From Malacoraja senta (Eukaryota), in the NCBI GenBank assembly GCA_038087875.1, contig CM075991.1:434001-498000 (forward strand): a stretch of DNA of 64,000 nucleotides. The letters run 5' to 3'. The notes below the pieces were generated by a model that was given only the letters and a program-made list of their open reading frames with translations, searched no databases and had not been told where the DNA came from. Of this stretch, positions 12,521 to 25,723 are shown piece after piece. Both the position numbers and the translations under genes were made by a program. Position 1 is the stretch's first letter; each line of letters opens with the position of its first letter.

Positions 12521-13025
12521 CTCTAAAACATTCCTATCCATTCGCAATTCAAATGATTTTTCAAATGTTGTAATTGTATCTGCCTCCACCACCTCCTGGG
12601 CAGATCATTCCACAGACACACTGTGTGAAAAACTTGTCCCATCCGTCCCTTTAAATCTTTCCATAACTTCTATTTTCAGACTTTCCTACCCTAGGAAAAA
12701 GACAGTGAGCATCCTCTTTATCTCTGCCTCTCATGATCTTACATCTCAATCAGGTCGCCCTTCAGCCTCTTTCACTACAGGAAATTGTCCCAGCCTGTCC
12801 AATCTCCCCTTATAACTCAAGCCCATGGCTGGAGCCGAGGTCGACGGAGCCTTTTCGGTGACATTTCGGGTTGAGACTTCAAAATTGCCAGCGCCAGCCA
12901 CAGGCATCAATCACAAAACCATCCCGCCAGCATCACCCTCTGAACGCCATCTCACGGAAAGTTAAAATGGCCGCTCAATTCACACCTGTTTCACGACACC
13001 CCAATAAAGGAGAAAATTAACTTAC

Positions 13026-13102
13026 ACCTGTAGTAGTTGTGGCTCTAAGACCTTGTGGAAGAAGCGAGTCCTGATCTCACGGGCCAGAGCGGCAGCCGTT
13101 AC
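13026..13102 (-). CDS. FHIP2B: FHIP2B-like exon 9: VTAAALAREIRTRFFHKVLEPQLLQV
   Basis: catgcag acceptor, GT|gtaagt donor, 77 nt, phase 0 to 2, which fits the next exon. Confidence 0.9.
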
Positions 13103-13319
13103 CTGCATGAGGAAAGCGAAACGTAGGTGTTACTGGCAGCAGCTGGAATTGCAGGGTCAGCCAGTGAGAGCACAGACCAAACAGCTTCCACCCACAACTG
13201 GTGAATGCTGGTTAAGTGGGAAAAGGCACCCGACCGCTGGCTGGTACTTGGTGAGATGACTGGCACCCCCCTGTAACCAGGTGGCAGGGTCACCGAGCAG
13301 CAACACAGGCTTTCACAGC

Positions 13320-13585
13320 ACAACGGTAGAGTTGCAGGTTCAAACGCGTGCTGTCTGTACGGAGTTTGTACCTTCTCCCCATGACCTGCTTGGGTTTTCT
13401 CTGAGATCTTCAGTTTACTCCCACACCCCAAAGACGTACAGATATGTAGGTAAATTGGCTTGGTAAATGTAAAATAAATTGTCGCTAGTGTGTGTAGGAT
13501 AGTGTTAATATGCGGGGGTCGCTGGTCGGCACGGACCCGGTGGGCCAAAGAACCTGTTTCCGCGCTGTATCTCTAAACTAAACGT
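13320..13585 (+). mobile_element. HE1-like V-SINE
   Basis: Partial head, V-domain and tail. Confidence 0.85.
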
Positions 13586-14201
13586 ACTCCAAAGCAAGAC
13601 AAATGTAAGGATCGGCTCTCCGAGCAGTCTCTGGTTCTAACTGTTATGAGTGAGGATTTCAGCACAGCCTCGCTAAGGAATAACTTGGCAAGAAAGCCAC
13701 CTGTCTGAAAAGTTCCAGATCAACCAGTTGCACTTCAAACTTGATTCTTGTGTCTTCAAATTTTCAATTTTTGCTTAGGTCATAGTCATAGAGCATAAAA
13801 ACTAGCCCTTCGGTCCAACTCGTCTATGCCAACCAAGATGCTAGTACCATGTGTCCGTGTTTAGCCCATATCCCTTCAAACATTTCCTATTCATGTACCT
13901 GTCCAAGTGTCTTATAAATGCTTTTATTGTATACTTATGTCGGCAATTTGTTTGCAAGAGATGCGCCCAGAATATTGGCCATGGTTCTGATCTGAAACTG
14001 AAATCTTGTCCAGATATTCTGGCTCTGTAATGCATTGCCCTGCATCTGTTATACCAGTGGTTGTATGAAGCAATACAGTCATTGGTTCCTGTGACACTGA
14101 GCGCTTCAGCCAACCCTCCAACACCCCGTCGAAGCCCACACACGCCCTCACGAGGACGGAGTAGGTGAAACATTCCAGCGTGCGCCGTGACTACTACATA
14201 C

Positions 14202-14322
14202 CTTGTGGGCTTCTCCCACCAGATGATCACAATAGTGCAGCCACGAGAGGAAGGACACCACATCCCCTCTGCCTGGAAATGACTCCGCATCTGCCCCATC
14301 AGAGGCAGCAGCACTGTGTGAC
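14202..14322 (-). CDS. FHIP2B: FHIP2B-like exon 8: SHSAAASDGADAESFPGRGDVVSFLSWLHYCDHLVGEAHK
   Basis: Translated by hand. cttcaag acceptor, gtatgt donor, 121 nt, phase 2 to 0. Contains the FPG....FL.W..YCDHL..EAH motif. Confidence 0.92.
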
Positions 14323-15427
14323 CTTGAAGCACAGAGCAGAGGCAGTCAGCATTCAACACCATTAGGCTCAGAAATCTACTCTCAGCATATACTCTTCAGA
14401 TCAGCTCCTGTTTCACACTTTGGTTGGTTGTTCAGTGTAGCAAGATGTCCGTAGGGGAATGATGCCAATATGTACGTTCCAGGCCACAGGAATACATACC
14501 ATGGGACGCACTAAAGCCAATACAGAGGCTCTGTGGGGAAGGACAACTGTTGCCACAGGATACTGAGGGGCTAAGCTTCTGAGAACACGGATTAGAAAGG
14601 GATCAGAGGGAAATGGGCCAACTGCGGGCAAAGGTAGGTAGACATCTCGGTCAGCATGGATGTTGGGCCGAAGGGCCTGTTTCCATGCAATCTATTTTTG
14701 CACTGTTAGGCCAGTTCATTGGCTATATTTAAGAGGGAGTTAGATGTGGCCCTTGTGGCTAAAGGGATCAGGGGGTATGGAGAGAAGGCAGGTACGGGAT
14801 ACTGAGTTGGATGATCAGCCATGATCATATTGAATAGCGGTGCAGGCTCGAAGGGCCGAATGGCCTACTCCTGCACCTATTTTCTATGTATCTATGTATC
14901 TAATCAGTAATATCTGTGGGATATGCCCATGGATCACGTTTACAGACAGTCTTTTCATTACCGCCCATTGAGCTACAGCAGCTGGCATTTGTAACATGTT
15001 TAAATCATCCTTGAGAAATAAACTTGTTCTTTTTTAATATTTCCTCAAAAGTTTCAAAATATAGATCTCGTGTATTATACATTCACAATCACACCAATGC
15101 CTCAACTTCCTTAGAAGGCTTAGGAAGTTTGGCATGTCCTCCACAACTCTCACCAACTTCTACAGATGCACAATAGAAAGCATTTTATCAGGATGCATCT
15201 CAGCTCCATTCAAGACCACAAGAAATTACAGGGAATTGTGGACGCAGCACAGACCATCACACTAACCAAACTCCCTTCTATTGACTCCATTTATACCTCA
15301 TGCTGCCTCGGCAAGGCCAGCAGCATAATCAAGGCCGTGTTGCACCCTGGCCACTCCCTCCTCCCCTCTCCCACCAGGCAAGTTGTTTAGAAGTGTGAAA
15401 ACGCACACCTCCAGATTCAGGGACAGT

Positions 15428-15829
15428 TTAGGAGGATGAGAGGGGATCTTATTGACACATATAAGATTATTAAGGGTTTAGACACGCTAGAGGCAGGAAA
15501 CATGTTTCCGATGTTGGGGGAATCCAGAACCAAGGGCCGCAGTTTAAGAATATGGGGTAGGCCATTTGGAACGGAGATGAGGAAAAACTTTTTCACACAG
15601 AGAGTTGTGAATCTGTGGAATTCCCTGCCTCAGAAGACAGTGGATGCCGATTCTCTGGATGCTTTCAAGAGAGTTAAATAGAGCTCTTAAAGATAGCAGA
15701 GTCAAGGGATAAGGCAGGGGGAGAAGGCAAGAATGGGCTACTGATTGTGGACGATCAGCCATGATCACAGTGAATGGCGGTGCTGGCTCAAAGGGCTGAA
15801 TGGCCTACCCCTGCACCTATTGTCTATTG
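15428..15829 (+). mobile_element. CR1 3' fragment
   Basis: MRGDLI..YKI..FFTQRVVNLWNSLP plus the conserved tail. Confidence 0.88.
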
Positions 15830-16150
15830 AGGTACAGGTTTGTGGGTTGATCGGCATCGATAAAAATTTTAAATTGTCCTGAGTATGTAGGATAGTGCTA
15901 GTGTGCAGGATGATTGTTGGTCGGTGTAAACTCGGTGGGGCAAAGGGCCTGTTTCAACATTGTATCTCAAAAGTCTATAGTAAAATATAAAGACCAAAGT
16001 GGAACATAATACTCCAAATGCGGCCTCATCAATGTCTTGTCCAACTGTAACATCACATCCTAACTTCCATACTCAATACCCTGACTGATGAAAGCGAGTA
16101 TACTAAAACCTTTTTCACCACCTTCCACCTGTGACGCCTCATTCAGGTAA

Positions 16151-17238
16151 AGGGGTTGTCCCACTGTGGCGACCTAATCCGCGATTTCAGAAGAGTGCCT
16201 TCGACCTTCAAGCTCGAGAGCACTCGCCTGAAAAAATGCGAGCTGGATCGACCGTCAGCGTTGAAACCGCGAGCTGGATCGACCAACCACGCACACAAAC
16301 ACATAGTAAAGGCGGGGGCCAGGGTAAGCGGAGGAGCGCAGTCTGAAATTCACACTCGTGATGAAGAGGAAGGTAAAAGACGGCTGCACAGTGTATGGTA
16401 AGTCCTTTAGAGAGCGCGGAGGGGGGGAGAAGGGGGGGGAGAAAGGGGGGAGAGAAGGGGGGGGAGAGAAGGGGGGGGAGAGAAGGGGGGGAGAGAAGGG
16501 AGGGGAGAAGGGGGGGGAGAAGGGGGGGGAGAGAAGGGGGGGAAAGAAGGATGGGGAGAGAAGGGGGGGAGAGAAGGGGGGGAGAGAAGGGGGGGGAGAG
16601 AGAAGGGGGGGAGGAGAAGGGTGGGGAGAGAAGGGGGGGAGAGAAGGGGGGGAGGAGAAGGGTGGGGAGAGAAGGGGGGGAGAGAAGGGGGGGAGAGAAG
16701 GGGGGGAGAAGGGTGGGGAGAGAAGGGGGGGAGAGAAGGGGGGGGAGAGAGAAGGGGGGGAGAAGGGTGGGGAGAGAAGGGGGGGAGAGAAGGGGGGGGA
16801 GAGAGAGAAGGGGGGGAGAAGGAGTGGAGACACTTTTAAGAAGCTAGACAACATTCCATAAAGTTTAGTGTGCATTTTACCTACCGGTCGGTTTTCCTTG
16901 GTCCTGAAAACTCCAATGAGCCAATCAAAATGCCCGGTCAGCAAAGGAGATTGCCTACGGCTGCCCTCGACTGCCTGTAACTAAATAGCGACCCCATTCC
17001 ACTGCACTACGAGTTAAAAAGAACCATGCCGACCACATTTTTCTTGCGGAAAAGTTTTCAACATGCTGAAAATATTTCCGTGACCTAGCTGAGGCCGCAA
17101 GTATGCGGGAACTTCCCTCGTGCATGAAGGAGAGTTCCAGTGACCTCCTAGGACCTGGTGTCGACCATGCTGCGAGTTTGAAGGCCGAAGACACTCTTGT
17201 AAACTCGCAGATTAGGCCGCCGCAGTGGGACAGCCCCT
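16151..17238. mobile_element. Non-autonomous PIF/Harbinger-like DNA transposon
   Basis: About 70-bp imperfect TIRs beginning agggg(t/c)tgtcccactg. TAA is duplicated at 16148-16150 and 17239-17241. Confidence 0.85.
16419..16825 (+). repeat. Polypurine (G6-8 AGAGAA-type) minisatellite
   Basis: Almost exclusively G and A on the + strand. Confidence 0.95.
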
Positions 17239-17942
17239 TAACACCCATGGACTCCTTGGTCCTTTGGTGGACAATGCTCCCCAGGTGCTACGTGAAGGTT
17301 AGTACTCAAGCCGGGTTACTGGTGCTGCAAGGCAACAGCTCCACTGGCTGCTCTTCTTCAGTCCCACAAAAAAAATGGAGAGTTTGACTGGCCTTATGGA
17401 TTTTGAAAACGAGTTTTTTTTTCAAAATTAAGTTACGACATTGCAAAATACGGCATGGATGCAGACCACTTGGCCCACCAACTCCACGCCGATCATCGAT
17501 CACCCATTCACACTCGTTCTATGTTATCACACTTTTGAATCCACTTCCTGCACTCCAGGGGCAATTTATAGAGGGCCAACTAAGCGACAAATCTGCACGT
17601 GTTTGGGATGATGCAGGAATACAGAGCACTCGGTGGAAACCAATGTGGTCACAGGGAGAACAGGCAAACTCCACGAGACATCACCCTAGGTCAGAATCAA
17701 ACCCAGGTCTCTGGTGCTGTGAGGCAGTAATTCTACCAGCTGCATCATTTATCACCCAATCCTTATGGAATTTCTAGACTTCATGACTATCTTTAACCCT
17801 TACTCTGTAGATGAACCACTTCAATAATATTTTCCAAGAAATGCCATTACCAATATATGACGTCACTACCAATTACGACCTCTAACATAATTTGAGTAAA
17901 TTAGGAAATATACTTCAAAACGATAACAATATTTACAAAAAT

Positions 17943-19090
17943 TTACCTGGACCATTTCCGACATCTCTGTACAGTTTCTAGACCTCACTATCTCCATCGT
18001 AGGTAACAGACTACTGACCGACATCTCCTACAAACCCACTGACTCCCATGACTATCTGGACTACACTTCCTCCCACCCTGCTTCCTGCAAGGACTCTATC
18101 CCCTACTCCCAATTCCTATGTCTACGCCACATCTGCACCCAGGATAAGTTGTCCCAAACCAGGGCTTCGGAGATGTCCTCATTCTTTAGGGAACGGGGGT
18201 TCCCCTCTTCCACTATAGATGAGGCTCTCTCCAGGGTCTCCTCTATATCCCGCAGCTCTGCTCTCACTCCCCACCCCCCCACTTGTAACAAGGACAGAAT
18301 CCCCCTTGTCCTCACCTTCCACCCTACCAGCCGTCACATACAACATATAATCCTCCGACATTTTCGTCACCTCCAACGTGATCCCACCACTGGCCACATC
18401 TTCCCATCTCCTCCCCTTTCTGCTTTCCTCTGAGATCGTTCCCTGGTCAATTCGTCCCTTCCCACCCAGACCACCCCCACCCATGGTACTTTCCCTTGCA
18501 ACCGCAGGAAATGCTACACTTGTCACTTTACCTGCCCCCTCGACTCCATCCAAGGACCCAAGCAGTCTTTCCAGGTGAGGCAGAGGTTCACCTGCACCTC
18601 CTCCAAACTCATCTATTGCATCCGCTGTTCCAGGTATCAGCTGCTCTACATCGGTGAGACCAAGCGCAGGCTTGGCGATCGCTTCGTCCAACACCTCCGC
18701 TCAGTTCGCAATAACCAACCTGATCTCCCGGTGGCTCAGCACTTCAAGTCCCCCTCCCATTCCGAATCCGACCTTTCTGTCCTGGGCCTCCTCCATGGCC
18801 AGAGTGAGTCCCACCGCAAATTGGAGGAACAGCACCTCATATTTCGCTTGGGTAGTTTACACCCCAGCAGTATGAACATTGACCTCCAATTTCAGGTAGT
18901 CCTTGCTTTCTCCTTCCTTCCCCTCCCCTTCCCAGCTCTCCTACAGCCCACTGTCTCTGCCTCTTCCTTTCTTTCCCCCCCCCCCGACATCAGTCTGAAG
19001 AAGGGTCTCGACCCGAAACGTCGCCTATTCCTTCGCTCCATAGATGCTGCCTCACCTGCTGAGTTTCTCCAGCTTTTTTGTCTACCTACA
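17943..19090 (+). mobile_element. Penelope-like element, 3' part (RT C-terminus, GIY-YIG endonuclease, terminal repeat)
   Basis: FLDL..YKPTDSH.YLDYTSSHP..CKDSIPYSQF and FTCTS..LIYCIRCSR...LYIGETKRRLGDRF..HLRSV. Confidence 0.9.
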
Positions 19091-20087
19091 ATATTTGCAC
19101 AGTTAACTACTCCAGAATGAAGAAGGGTCCTAACCCAAAATATTGCCTATTCTTGTTTCCCAAGGATGCTACCTGACCCGCTGAGTTACTCCAGCGCTTT
19201 GTGTTTTTTGCTTAACATTCTGGTAACCTCTTCTGCACCAAAGCCTCTACATACTTCCTGTAATGGGACGAGCAGAACTGCACACTACATTACATTTGCA
19301 GCATCATCAAAGTATTATAAAGCTGCAACATGACTTCCTGACTCTTATACTCAAATTAAAAAAAATGCCTTTGAGAGATTCACAACTCTCTGAGAGAAAG
19401 ATTTCTTGATTAGAATGGGTGTCAAGGGGAGAAGGCAGGAAAATGGGATTAGGAGGCAGATCAGCCATGATTGAATGGCGGTGTGGACTCAATGGTCCAA
19501 ATGGCCTATTTCTACTCCTATAACTTGTGAACTTGTGGAAGAAAAGATTTGCCTCAACTGTCTTTTGCTGAGGTGGAAACCCTGTTCTGTGAGAGGAAGT
19601 GCCCACCTGTGAGAACTCTCCATTGATAGACACAAAATGCTGGAGTAACTTAGTGGGTCGGGCAGCATCTGGAGAAAAAGGATGGGTGGCATTTTGGGTC
19701 GGGACTGACTATCTATTTATTATCTTAATTTAAGACAATAAAATATAACACGATTCCTCTTCTTCAGATACTTTTGTTGAGGTATTTTTAAATGTCTACG
19801 TTTGTATTCACTGTAATATTGAATTCCAGAATGCAACTAGGAGTAAAACCTATTGGGAATGGCCTTTTTGATTCATGGATTATCACTTGGTGAAAGCATC
19901 TCCTTCATAAGTCTGAGTTGAGTTTATGGTCACGTGTACTGAGGTACAGTGAAAAGCCTTTGTTGCCTGCACAAGTCAGGGATCATGTGGAATTCATCGC
20001 TTAAGCAATACGAAACATTGCAATAATCTGACACAATGCAAACATTTCTTCATTTTCTGATTCTTAAACTTGAATAGTTTTATGTAC

Positions 20088-20284
20088 CGCCAGTTCACTC
20101 TCCCCAGCAACTCAACTTGTCCCGGGTCAGTGTCTTCGAGTATTAGCCTGTAGAGGTCAGCCAGTCGGTCAGCCAGTGTTCGACATAATGCTGTGCCTTC
20201 GACCAAGTACCGTGCCATCACGTCTTCCGGTAACGTGACCAACAGGAGCAAGCTTTCGCAGGCCTTCAGTGCAAATCGCTTTTC
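20088..20284 (-). CDS. FHIP2B: FHIP2B-like exon 7: EKRFALKACESLLLLVTLPEDVMARYLVEGTALC...VNWR
   Basis: gtgtag acceptor, CG|gtacat donor, 197 nt, phase 0 to 2. Contains the ALKACE.LLLLV.LP motif. Confidence 0.9.
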
Positions 20285-21629
20285 CTACACGGGTAGAATA
20301 TAGATATGATGAGAGCTGTAAGCTGCAATCCCAGGCCAACATTGTATTTGTATCACTCATTATCATCTTCTCCACAGCCAACATTGGACCACTGTGGGCT
20401 CCATCTTTCCTTGATCATCGTTGCTGGCTTTCATTTGTCCTTTTGCATACCTTTCATTCATTTGCTTCTTTGTACATTTTCATATTTCTCGTTTCCCTCT
20501 CTGCTGACTCTCAGACTGAAGAAGGGTCTCAACTCGAAACCTATTTCTTTTCTCCAGAGATGTTGCCTGACCCACTGAGTTACTCCAGCTTTTTGTGTCT
20601 ATTGCCAATTCTATGTCCCTCGTCTAGATTTCCAGCAGAATCTACATTTATAAAATCACAGGACTACTGTGGAGTTGGGTGAGGCCATTCAGCCCATCAC
20701 GTTAGTGCCAGCTCCAGGCACAGTCCCACTCCCCCACTTTTCAGCCGTGGGCTGCAAACCATTTCCTTCAAGTGCCCGTGCAATTCCCACTTGCAAGTCA
20801 TTCTGTTCCCAACTGCATGGAGTCGTTGGGTTGTGGTGCTGGCTGGCGGCACTGTACACTGGCACAGACATGGCGAGCAGAATGGCCTTCTCTGCGATAA
20901 GTTTGGATTATCGCGTAACTGCACTCACAGCACCCTGTTGGCATACACCCATCCCCTTATAGATTGTGTCCCAAATGTTCAATCTTTGTCATTAAGCCAT
21001 GTTCTATTAATTAGAGTTGTTCCCTCCTTACGTCATGATCTTGTATACCTCGACCAAATCTGGCTTGGCATGGAAACTGGCCCTTTGGCCCACCTAGTCC
21101 ACATCAACCAATGATCACCCAGTCATGCTAGTTCTATATATCCCAATTTCTCTTCCACTCCCTACACACTAGGGGCAATTTACAGAGGCCAATTAACCTA
21201 CAAACCTGCGTGTCTTTTGGATGCGAGAGGAAACCGGAGCGCCCGCAGGAAACCCACGTGGTCATAGGGAGAATCTGCAAACTCTGAGGTCAGGATTGAA
21301 CCCATGGTCTCTGACACTGTGAGGCAGTGGCTCCACCAACTGCGCTACTGTGCTGCCTGAAACCCCAAACATCAGGAGCCATTGTAGAGCATTTTCACCA
21401 TCTCCTAAAATAGATACAAAAATCAGCGGGACAGACGGCATCTTTGGACAGAAGCAATGGGTGACGTTTCGGGTCGAGGCCCTTCTTCAGACTGAGCGTC
21501 AAGGGAGAGGGAGTTACAGAGATAAGGAAGTGTAAGAGATCAAAAGTGATGCAGATCAAGGAAAATGTAGAATAAACCATTGTTAGCTATGAGAAGGTGA
21601 CAACAAAACAAACAGAGAAAATCCAGAAC

Positions 21630-21916
21630 CAGGGGCCACAGTCTTAGAATAAAGGGGAGGCCATTTAAGACTGAGGTGAGAAAAAACGTTTTCACCCAGA
21701 GAGTTGTGAATTTGTGGAATTCCCTGCCACAGATGGATTTAAGAGAGAGTTAGATAGAGCTCTAGGGGCTAGTGGAATCAAGGGATATGGGGAGAAGGCA
21801 GGCACGGGTTATTGATTGGGGACGATCAGCCATGATCACAATGAATGGCAGTGCTGGCTCAAAGGGCTGAATGGCCTCCTCCTACACCTATTTTATATGT
21901 TTCTATGTCTCTATGT
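21630..21916 (+). mobile_element. CR1 3' fragment nested in a Penelope-derived repeat (about 21410-22010)
   Basis: CR1 tail interrupts a minus-strand Penelope terminal repeat. Confidence 0.75.
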
Positions 21917-22778
21917 AATCAGGGGGACAGCAGACTGGTTGTAGAACTGTGAAGGGGGAGGGATGGAGAGAGAGGGAAAGTAAGGGTTACGAAGTTAGAG
22001 GTCAATATCCCTTAACTGTCCGCCCTCAAGTGTGATTTCCAGAACTGAACACCGTACTACATCTGAGGGTTAACCCAAGTTTAATACACGTGCAACGAAC
22101 CTCCCTGATATAGGAAATTCTGGAAGTTATAAGATAAAAGGCCAATATACTATACTGGGAACGCACGATGGAAAAAGAGGCCAACTTAGTGAAGGTAACT
22201 TGAAGGCCATGTTAGGAAAGGTATAAACTATTGACCAAGTGTTTATCTAGCTGGAGTAAAGAGAAATATAGGAGGTTGTAAACCAGGCTAAGGGCAATAA
22301 AACTGATCAGGAGCTAAGAGAAGTCACTTTGTCATACAAATAGGAGAATGTTTTTCTAAATAACAGGAAACAGAAGTTTACAGGCAACTACAACACGGTA
22401 AAAAAGAATGAAAGACTGCAAAGAAATGTTCTCTGAGAAATTAATTCAAAAATGTAAAATCCACATGTAACCATTGTACCACAGACTATAAAAAGGCTGT
22501 TACCGCTGAGAGTCAGTGAAACACTTTGGGTTCCCTCAGTGTTTCTCTGGATATGCTGTTAAGGCCTTGCATAACTCGACTTGTTTGACAAACTCACCAC
22601 TACTCTACGAGATTTTCTTTCTGTGCTGTCCTGATCTGAGTTGTAATTATGGGTGTGACTGGGCCCCATGTGAAAGCCAGATTCAGAGTACAGGTCAAAG
22701 ACAGAACTGCCTCCAATATTTCCCATGTTTTGAAATCCATGCCTCTATTTATGAATCCCCTGTGCTCAACCAATCACT

Positions 22779-23065
22779 CGGCAACAGTGGTGCAGCGGTA
22801 GAGCTGTTGCCTTTACAACGCTTACAGCACCGGAGACCCGGGTTGGATCCCGACTTTTGGTGCTGTCTGTACGGAGTTTGTACGTTCACCCCGTTACTGC
22901 GTGGGTTTCTTCCGAGATCTTCGTTTCCCTCCCACACTCCAAAGACGCACAGGTATGTAGGTAAATTGGCTTGGTGTATGTGTAAATTGTCCCTAGTGTG
23001 TGTAGGGGATCGCTGGTCGGTGCGGACTCGGTGGGCTGTTTCCGCGCGGTAAACTAAACCAAACC
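22779..23065 (+). mobile_element. HE1-like V-SINE
   Basis: Head, V-domain and tail present. Confidence 0.87.
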
Positions 23066-25074
23066 CAATCACTCTTGCAACAGACCCTGCCATTGTCATG
23101 TACACCCGTGTCAGGCACGTGCCGTGAATAATTACTCAAGGTAGGCAGGCGGCTTTAAAAAAAAATCTTAAACCGCGCATGCGCAGATTGTTCTCTCCTT
23201 AAAAATAAAAAAAGAAAAATAAGTAACAATTCAATTTGACCAAGGCTTCTAAATCACCTTCTTTAATTACTGAATGGGTGGGGGACGGAGGATGAAGGCA
23301 GGTGGAGAGATGGTGGGAAAAACGGGAGCACACGGGACGTTGAATCAGTTGTCATCTTATTGAATGACAATACTAATTCAAGGGACCAATTGGAGGGAGA
23401 GTTCCTTTCACAGCGTGTGGAGAGTCTGTGCCAGGGGTTAAAGATGCGGGGAGTGCAGGAGTGTTGAGAAGGAGGGGGTCGGAGATCATATCAGACTCAC
23501 TCACCGCAGCCGCAGCACTCCGGGCACGGACAGCAGAACTGCCCGCCACTTCTGGGGAAGGAAGCAGCTCGGGTGACTGAGAGCGGCCGCCGGGACCCAA
23601 CAGCAGAACCGGCTGCCACTTCAGCGCCTTCTGCCAGCCCGCTCACCTCTGGAAGTGCTCTCCGTCTGAACACATCAGTTGGGTACTTGATGTTTGGGCC
23701 TGTTGTGCAACATCTCAACTCATCTTCTCACTTTCCTGTATTCAGCCCACATTCTTTGATTCCTTTAACATCTAAAAATCAAGCAATCCCTATTCTGAAG
23801 TCAGGCAAGAAAGTGCTGAATTACTCATCAGGTTAGGCAGAATCTGTGGAGAAGGGGTAGGGTGTAGAGGGAATGTCCGTGATAGGGTGGAGACCAACAG
23901 GTTGCAGCAGTGGTGGTGGCAGCTGAGTGAGGGTGGTGACGGCTGCTCAAACACGCACAACCTGTCTGGGGGTCATGTCAATAGAAATAGGTGAATGAAA
24001 GGGATAGACTGGAGCATAAGTGAGATATGAAAACAATGCAGATGCTGCAAATGTGAAATAAAGGAGAATATTGGGAAAATTTACAAGGTCAGGCACGATC
24101 TAGAAAATGAGGGAAAACTGGAGTTAACATTCCAGGCGAATGACCTCTCATGGGAAGAGGTCAACATGTGGTTGTCCACAATTGGTGAATTAATTGTTGA
24201 GTCCCAAAGGCAACAATGTGCCGTCAAAGGATAAGATGCTTTTAGTCAGGAATAACATGAGATTTGTTAGAACGTTTTAAAAAGCCAAAGGGAAAGAGGT
24301 TAAAGTGGGAATGTGGTGCAGAATTAATGTGACAACAGTAATGTCACAACAGCTCAGAGTCATCCCCACTGACCATCCAGGAGTGTTGTGAAAGGCGTCA
24401 CCCTGTCTTTGGTTTTTCGAATGTAGAGACTTCATCATGAACACCAAATGCACCAACTGGAACACCTCCGCTCTGAAAGGCCAACTTTTCTTGCAAGACT
24501 GTGATCCCTGGTTGTTAACCCTTCAACTCAGCCATGTCAGAGTTTTGTATGTTCCAATGAGATCAGTGCATCCTTGTAAACTTTAGAGAGTGTGGGCTGA
24601 ATCTGCATCACCTCTCCTTGCAGGAACCACCCCTTTGCCTGGAATCATTCTTGTGATTGTTTGCAGAATTCCCCCTTTGTTCAACAGATTAGGGCTGGGC
24701 AATAAATACTGGCCAGTGATTCTGACAAATTAATTTACACAAACTAAAAATAAATTAATTAAATCTCAATTAGAATTTTTTAACCACTGACGAACAATTT
24801 GTACAGAGGACAATAAAGTTGACGAATTAGTGCAAAGATTAAATGCAAGATTCCAAACACTTCCATTCTTAAAGTAATCTACAAGAATGAAGATGTTTTA
24901 CACATTTATTATTTTTAACATAACTCTTTCAGAGAGGCTCATTTTGGAATGATATTCCAAAAGATATTCCACAATTAAAATTAATAGTTAATTATGCATC
25001 GCTGGCTCCCAAACTCTTGTGCTCTCCATTTCTGTGCTCCACATCTCTTGCCTCTCCGCACCCCTGACCACAGA

Positions 25075-25700
25075 GCAATGCCAGCATTTATTTCAAGTGG
25101 GCTAGAATACAAAAACAGGGATGTAATGCTGAGGCTCTTTCAGGCGCTGGTCAGGTCGCATTTGGAGTATTGTGAGCAATTGTGGGCCCCATATCTGAGG
25201 AAGGACGTGCTGGCTCTGGAAAGGATCTAGAGGAGGTTTACAAGAATAATCCCAGGAATTAGTGGATTAACATATGATGAGCGTTTGACGGCACTGGGCC
25301 TGTACTCGCTGGAGTTTAGAAGAATGAGGGGAGACCTCACTGCAATGTACCGAATAGTGAAAAGCTTGGATAGAGTGGATGTGGAGAGGATGTTTCCACT
25401 AGTGGGAGAGTCTAGGACCAGAGGTCTTAGCCTCAGAATTAAAGGACCTTCTTTTAGGAAGGAGATGAAGAGGAATTTCTTTAGTCAGAGGGTGGTGAAT
25501 CTGTGGAATTCTTTGCCACAAAGGCTGTGGAGGCCATGTCGGTGGATATTTTTAGGCAGAGATAGATTCTTGATTAGTACGGGTGTCAGGGGTTATGGGG
25601 AGAAGGCAGGAGAATGGGGTTAGGTTATCGATCAGCTATGATTGAATGGTGGCGTAGACTTGATGGGCCGAATGGGCTAATTTTGCTCCTATCACTTATG
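25075..25700 (+). mobile_element. CR1 3' fragment abutting the exon 6 donor
   Basis: HLEYCEQLWAPYLRKD...FFSQRVVNLWNSLP. Confidence 0.88.
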
Positions 25701-25723
25701 ACACCACATTACTTTGGACATAC

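Noticed and set aside
16255..16944. Pro-rich and Gly/Glu/Arg-rich ORFs
   Set aside because: Translations of the GA-rich minisatellite.
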